This document shows positions 32,925-36,938 of a stretch of 36,938 nucleotides of DNA, piece after piece. Position 1 is the stretch's first letter; the number at the start of each line of letters is the position of its first letter. This DNA is from a virus: positions 1 through 36,938 of IMG/VR virus record IMGVR_UViG_3300017728_000040; one strand, given 5' to 3'. A program made the position numbers and the translations under genes. Under the pieces are notes generated by a model, which searched no databases, had not been told where the DNA came from, and saw only the letters and a program-made list of their open reading frames with translations.

Positions 32925-35711
32925 ATGAGTATTAAAATACAAGCAAATCCAAGTGCGAGTGGTAGCACCCCAACGGGTGGATTGACATACAAAGGTTCAT
33001 ATGATGCATCATTGCAATCACCAAACTTAGATTCATCATTAAAAGGTGACTTTTATATTGTCAGTGATGCAGGATCATTGGATGGTGTAGCCTTAAATGT
33101 TGGTGATCACATTGTGTTTAATCAGAATGCATCCTCACCAATCACAAGTGCCATGTTTGATGTTATTGACAACACTGATGCAGTTGCTAGTGTCAATGCA
33201 TTAACAGGAACTGTTGTTCTTAATTTAAAAACAATCAATGATGTGAACGCTACATTGACACCAAGTGATTCAACTTTCTTAGTTGGTGATGGTTCTCAAT
33301 GGATAGGTGAAAGTGGTGCAACGGCTCGAACTTCATTAGGACTTGGAACCGTGGCAACACTTGATGTTGGTACAGGTGCAAACCAAGTGGTTCAACTAAC
33401 CGCCGCTTCCAAGTTGCCTGCCGTTGATGGATCATTATTAACGAACCTACCAGGTGGTGGTGATCTTCTTGCGTCAAACAATCTAAGTGATTTAGACAAT
33501 GCAGGAACAGCACGAACAAATCTAGGTCTTGCAATTGGGTCTGATGTTCAAGCGTTTGATGCACAACTGACAGACGTTGCAGGACTTACACCCACAGATG
33601 GAAATATCATCATTGGTGATGGTTCCAACTTCATAACTGAAAGCGGTGCAACTGCACGAACAAGTCTAGGTCTTGCAATTGGAACAAACGTTCAAGCATT
33701 TGACGCACAACTGACAGACATTGCAGGACTCACACCAACTGATTCACATATCATTATAGGTGATGGTTCCAACTTTGTGACTGAAAGTGGTGCAACGGCT
33801 CGAACAAGTCTAGGACTTGGAACAGTGGCCACGTTGGATGTTGGAAACGGTGCAAACCAAGTTGTTCAAATGACAGCAGCTGCCAAGTTGCCTGCCGTTG
33901 ATGGATCACTGTTGACAAACCTACCCGCAAGTACAGACACTCTTGATGATGTAGTTGGACGTGGTGCTACAACAGCTACACCAATTACAGTTGGTGACTT
34001 GAAGATCAATAGTGATTCATCAGGATCATCAACAGGTGGATCAATTGCAACCACTGCATCAAACAACAATATCAAACTTGATCCACATGGAAGCGGTGTG
34101 CCTGAACTTGTAGGAAATGCTACAAGAGGAAGTGGTCAAGTTAAGTTTAATTGTGAACAGAACACACATGGAATTGTTTTAAAAGGTCCACCTCATTCAG
34201 CAGCGGCATCATACACGATGATCTTACCTGATGGCCTTGGTAGTAACGGTCAGGTCTTATCTTTGCAAGATTCATCAACGGGTGAATTGACTTTTGTTTC
34301 AAGTGGTGCAGGTGATCTTCTAGCATCAAACAACTTAAGTGATTTGGATAATGCAGGAACAGCCCGCACAAATCTAGGTCTTGTAATTGGAACGAACGTT
34401 CAAGCGTTTGATGCACAGTTAACAGATGTTGCAGGACTTACACCCACTGATGGAAACATCATTGTTGGTGATGGATCTAACTTTGTAACTGAAAGTGGTG
34501 CAACTGCAAGAACAAGTCTTGGTCTTGCAATTGGGTCTGATGTTCAAGCGTTTGATGCACAGTTAACAGATATTGCAGGATTAACACCAACAGATAGCAA
34601 CTTCATTGTTGGTGATGGTAGTAATTTTATTTTAGAATCTGGTCTTACTGCAAGAACAAGTCTTGGATGTGGGAGTGCTGCCACTTTTGATGCGGGTGCA
34701 AACAGTGCAAATCAACTTGTTCAACTGACAGCAGCTGCCAAACTTCCTGCCGTTGATGGATCATTATTAACGAACTTACCAGGTGGTGGTGATCTTCTAG
34801 CATCAAACAACTTGAGTGATTTAGATAATGCAGGAACAGCACGAACGAATCTAGGTCTTGCGATTGGAACAAACGTTCAAGCATTTGACGCACAACTAAC
34901 AGACGTTGCAGGACTCACACCAACAGATGGAAACATCATCATTGGTGATGGTTCCAACTTTGTGACTGAAAGTGGTGCAACTGCACGAACTTCATTAGGT
35001 CTTTCCATTGGTTCTGATGTTCAAGCATTTGATGCACAACTGACAGACATTGCAGGACTCACACCAACTGATTCACATATCATAATTGGTGATGGTTCTA
35101 ATTTTGTAACTGAATCAGGTGCAACGGCTCGAACAAGTCTAGGTCTTGCGATTGGAACAAACGTTCAAGCGTATGATGCACAACTTGATGACGTGGCAGG
35201 ACTCACACCAAGTGATGGTGGTTTCATTGTAGGTGATGGATCAAACTTTGTTCTTGAAACATTGGGCACGGCTCGAACTTCACTAGGACTTGGAACGGTC
35301 GCAACACTAGACGTTGGAACGGGTGCAAACCAAGTTGTTCAACTGACCGCCGCCGCCAAGTTGCCTGCCGTTGATGGATCACTATTGACCAACTTACCAA
35401 GCAGTGGGGGCGGCTTAACATACCAAGCAAGAGACACAACAGCACACAGTCCTTTGACTCCTGTTGCTAACTATCATTATTCAATCAATGCCAACAGTGC
35501 AACGATGGTGATTAACTTGCCTGCGTTGAGTTCAGTGACTGATGGTGATCAAATCAGAGTGAAGTTTCAAGCAAGGGGTGACGCCGCTCGTGATGTCACT
35601 ATAAATCGAAATGGTACAGATTTGATTGATGGTCAAACAAGTGTCACCCTTGATGTTCTTTACTCTTCTGTGACTTTGGTTGCAGGTTCTTCAGAATGGG
35701 AGATTGTATGA
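32925..35711 (+). CDS. Tail fibre with modular super-repeats
   Basis: 928 aa with SD AAGGAGA. The ARTSLGL / ARTNLGL motif recurs 14 times. There are seven 48-aa units, four copies of a GTVATLDVG...LPAVDGSLLTNLP block and three copies of a GDLLASNNLSDLDNAGT block. Confidence 0.85.
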   Translation: MSIKIQANPSASGSTPTGGLTYKGSYDASLQSPNLDSSLKGDFYIVSDAGSLDGVALNVGDHIVFNQNASSPITSAMFDVIDNTDAVASVNALTGTVVLNLKTINDVNATLTPSDSTFLVGDGSQWIGESGATARTSLGLGTVATLDVGTGANQVVQLTAASKLPAVDGSLLTNLPGGGDLLASNNLSDLDNAGTARTNLGLAIGSDVQAFDAQLTDVAGLTPTDGNIIIGDGSNFITESGATARTSLGLAIGTNVQAFDAQLTDIAGLTPTDSHIIIGDGSNFVTESGATARTSLGLGTVATLDVGNGANQVVQMTAAAKLPAVDGSLLTNLPASTDTLDDVVGRGATTATPITVGDLKINSDSSGSSTGGSIATTASNNNIKLDPHGSGVPELVGNATRGSGQVKFNCEQNTHGIVLKGPPHSAAASYTMILPDGLGSNGQVLSLQDSSTGELTFVSSGAGDLLASNNLSDLDNAGTARTNLGLVIGTNVQAFDAQLTDVAGLTPTDGNIIVGDGSNFVTESGATARTSLGLAIGSDVQAFDAQLTDIAGLTPTDSNFIVGDGSNFILESGLTARTSLGCGSAATFDAGANSANQLVQLTAAAKLPAVDGSLLTNLPGGGDLLASNNLSDLDNAGTARTNLGLAIGTNVQAFDAQLTDVAGLTPTDGNIIIGDGSNFVTESGATARTSLGLSIGSDVQAFDAQLTDIAGLTPTDSHIIIGDGSNFVTESGATARTSLGLAIGTNVQAYDAQLDDVAGLTPSDGGFIVGDGSNFVLETLGTARTSLGLGTVATLDVGTGANQVVQLTAAAKLPAVDGSLLTNLPSSGGGLTYQARDTTAHSPLTPVANYHYSINANSATMVINLPALSSVTDGDQIRVKFQARGDAARDVTINRNGTDLIDGQTSVTLDVLYSSVTLVAGSSEWEIV
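33246..35399 (+). repeat. In-frame coding repeats of the fibre gene (144-bp units plus two other module types)
   Basis: 48-aa units at 33531..33674, 33675..33818, 34383..34526, 34527..34670, 34860..35003, 35004..35147 and 35148..35291. Copies differ mostly at synonymous positions. Confidence 0.85.
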
Positions 35712-36367
35712 GTCATAATAAGATTAAAGTTGCAGGTCAAGAACCTGATGCGGGCGGTTCAATTTCAGTTGACATTAATAACTTAAACAATGTCAATATA
35801 ACATCAATCGCAGATGATCAAGTTTTACAATATGATTCAAGTTCTTCACAATGGAAAAATGAAACTTTAAGCGGATCGACTGCCACTGTTCAATATATTC
35901 AAATTGGACAAGGTGAAAGTAACGCATATAGTAACAGCGGCTTAACAACAATTTCAGCAGATGATCAATTTAGACTTTATGATTCAAGTCCACAAAATAC
36001 AATAGTAGGCGCAACTGTCACAAATTACTCCTCTACAAACTGGATTCAATACGTGACGTTACCCGCGGGGTCTTATCAGATGATAGCACAAACACGAGTT
36101 GAGTTTTCTGCAAGCGGTTACTTTGTATATCGACTTGTAAGTGACCCTACTGGGACTCCTGTTGATATAGGACCTTATGCAGTGATTGGTGAAAATGCTG
36201 ATAACTATGCTCAAGGAGTTTCATCAACATTGCAATCATATTTTACACTTGCTTCAAGCTCTAACGTAGGATTCCAAGTACACGCTGTTTCTAACGTTGA
36301 TACTGTAGCAAATCAAAGTAACACAGTAAGTGAATTTAGTTATTTATTTATTGAGAAAGTTGCATGA
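35708..36367 (+). CDS. Fibre-tip / receptor-binding protein paralogue A
   Basis: Start set at ATG 35708 (ATGA overlap with the fibre stop; GGGAG SD). The N-terminus MSHNKIKVAGQ...VLQYDSSSSQWKNETL is shared with the next gene. Confidence 0.7.
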   Translation: MSHNKIKVAGQEPDAGGSISVDINNLNNVNITSIADDQVLQYDSSSSQWKNETLSGSTATVQYIQIGQGESNAYSNSGLTTISADDQFRLYDSSPQNTIVGATVTNYSSTNWIQYVTLPAGSYQMIAQTRVEFSASGYFVYRLVSDPTGTPVDIGPYAVIGENADNYAQGVSSTLQSYFTLASSSNVGFQVHAVSNVDTVANQSNTVSEFSYLFIEKVA

Positions 36368-36368
36368 T

Positions 36369-36938
36369 ATGTCACATAATAAGATTAAAGTAGGGGGGCA
36401 AGATCAGAATGCAAGTGGAGAGATTGATTTAAATCTTGAAAACTTAAGTGACGTTAATGTTTCAACAATTACAAACAATCATGCTTTAGTTTATGATTCA
36501 AGTTCTTCACAGTGGAAAAATGAAGCGTTGCCTTTTTTCGCTACAAAGACACTCGCTTACGGATATTACACAAAACAGCAGACGTTTAATACTGGATCAT
36601 ATCAATACAACACGTCCTCAGACTATGAGCGGTGGATGTGGAGAGTCTCACAAGCTACCGTTGCGACTTCTAGTGACGTGACTGCACGAGTAAGCTTTGG
36701 AGGGGGCGTCTGGAAAGATATCCTAGAGTTTGATACAGTTGGGAATTATCTTGTAACAATGAGTTTACACGCGGATTCTGGTTCAACAGGAACGGGAGTA
36801 TGGCGTTTTTATGATGAAACAAACAGTCAGTATGTAGGACCAAAGTTTTTTATGAGTCAAACAAAAGAGAGACAGCCTGTTGCTCTTTGTGTTTTAAATG
36901 TTGTTTCTGTAAACCAACAATTTCATTTAAGAATGGAA
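36369..36938 (+). CDS. Fibre-tip / receptor-binding protein paralogue B (5' part; continues at 124..198 through the circular junction)
   Basis: Not in the ORF track because there is no stop in the window. ATG 36369 is 1 nt after the previous stop. N-terminus MSHNKIKVGGQ...LVYDSSSSQWKNEAL. Confidence 0.75.
   Translation, partial: MSHNKIKVGGQDQNASGEIDLNLENLSDVNVSTITNNHALVYDSSSSQWKNEALPFFATKTLAYGYYTKQQTFNTGSYQYNTSSDYERWMWRVSQATVATSSDVTARVSFGGGVWKDILEFDTVGNYLVTMSLHADSGSTGTGVWRFYDETNSQYVGPKFFMSQTKERQPVALCVLNVVSVNQQFHLRME
36816..36938. repeat. Terminal direct repeat, copy 2 (exact match to 1..123)
   Basis: Base-by-base comparison with 1..123 shows identity. Confidence 0.95.

Noticed and set aside
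33246-35399. Regularly spaced near-identical DNA segments that could be mistaken for a CRISPR array or satellite
   Set aside because: The units are 144 bp and contiguous, with no unique spacers. They lie in one long open frame with clear codon-position variation, so they are coding repeats of a fibre protein.
32925-36938. Diversity-generating retroelement (template/variable repeat pair) targeting the fibre genes
   Set aside because: No reverse transcriptase gene exists anywhere in the complete genome. Differences between repeat copies are mostly synonymous and involve all base types, not adenine-specific substitutions.
1-36938. Genome-wide stop-codon reassignment (TAG or TAA read as sense), suggested by the in-frame stops at 10085 and 21377
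   Set aside because: TAA, TAG and TGA all terminate well-supported genes at compact, often overlapping gene boundaries (for example TAG at 3341, 10045, 13442 and 23135). The two anomalies involve two different stop codons. They are kept as local anomalies only.

Overview
The window is a complete, densely coded genome of a tailed dsDNA phage. The tail looks long and non-contractile: there is a tape measure and a G/GT chaperone but no sheath gene. Bases 1..123 are identical to 36816..36938, so the unique length is 36,815 bp, and one fibre-tip gene reads across the window junction.

Layout:
(a) Short divergent early units lie at about 3.3-8.8 kb.
- Leftward: an acidic protein, a Cro-like HTH, a small membrane protein and a RecT/Red-beta-like annealase fusion.
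- Rightward: a lambda-O-like initiator with iterons and an AT-rich tract inside its own gene, plus a DnaC/IstB-like loader.
- Leftward: a membrane protein, a ThyX-like enzyme and a dCMP deaminase.
(b) One very long rightward unit starts at about 8.9 kb. In order it encodes:
- RHH regulator, SSB, TerS-like protein, HNH endonuclease and TerL;
- portal, Mu-I-like protease/scaffold polyprotein, decoration protein, major capsid, Mu-F-like protein and connectors;
- tail tube, G/GT chaperone (GGGAAAA -1 slippery site), tape measure and tail-tip proteins;
- CHAP lysin with a holin-like protein, a 928-aa highly repetitive fibre and two paralogous fibre-tip genes;
- three small ORFs and a class II ribonucleotide reductase.

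I saw no integrase, DNA polymerase, tRNA, CRISPR array or reverse transcriptase.

I could not identify one clear-cut novel system. The best candidates for follow-up are:
- the ThyX-like enzyme, whose signature RHR-X7-S motif reads KHQ-X8-S, in a deaminase/RNR nucleotide module;
- the annealase fused to a large unknown C-terminal domain ending in a clamp/SSB-tip-like QTLPLFE;
- two long ORFs that lack their own ATG and sit in frame behind an SD+ATG mini-ORF closed by a stop codon;
- the modular super-repeat fibre with its tandem receptor-binding paralogues;
- three non-coding gaps carrying repeats that may be packaging or regulatory sites.

All functional calls come from motif reading by eye. 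No database search was run.
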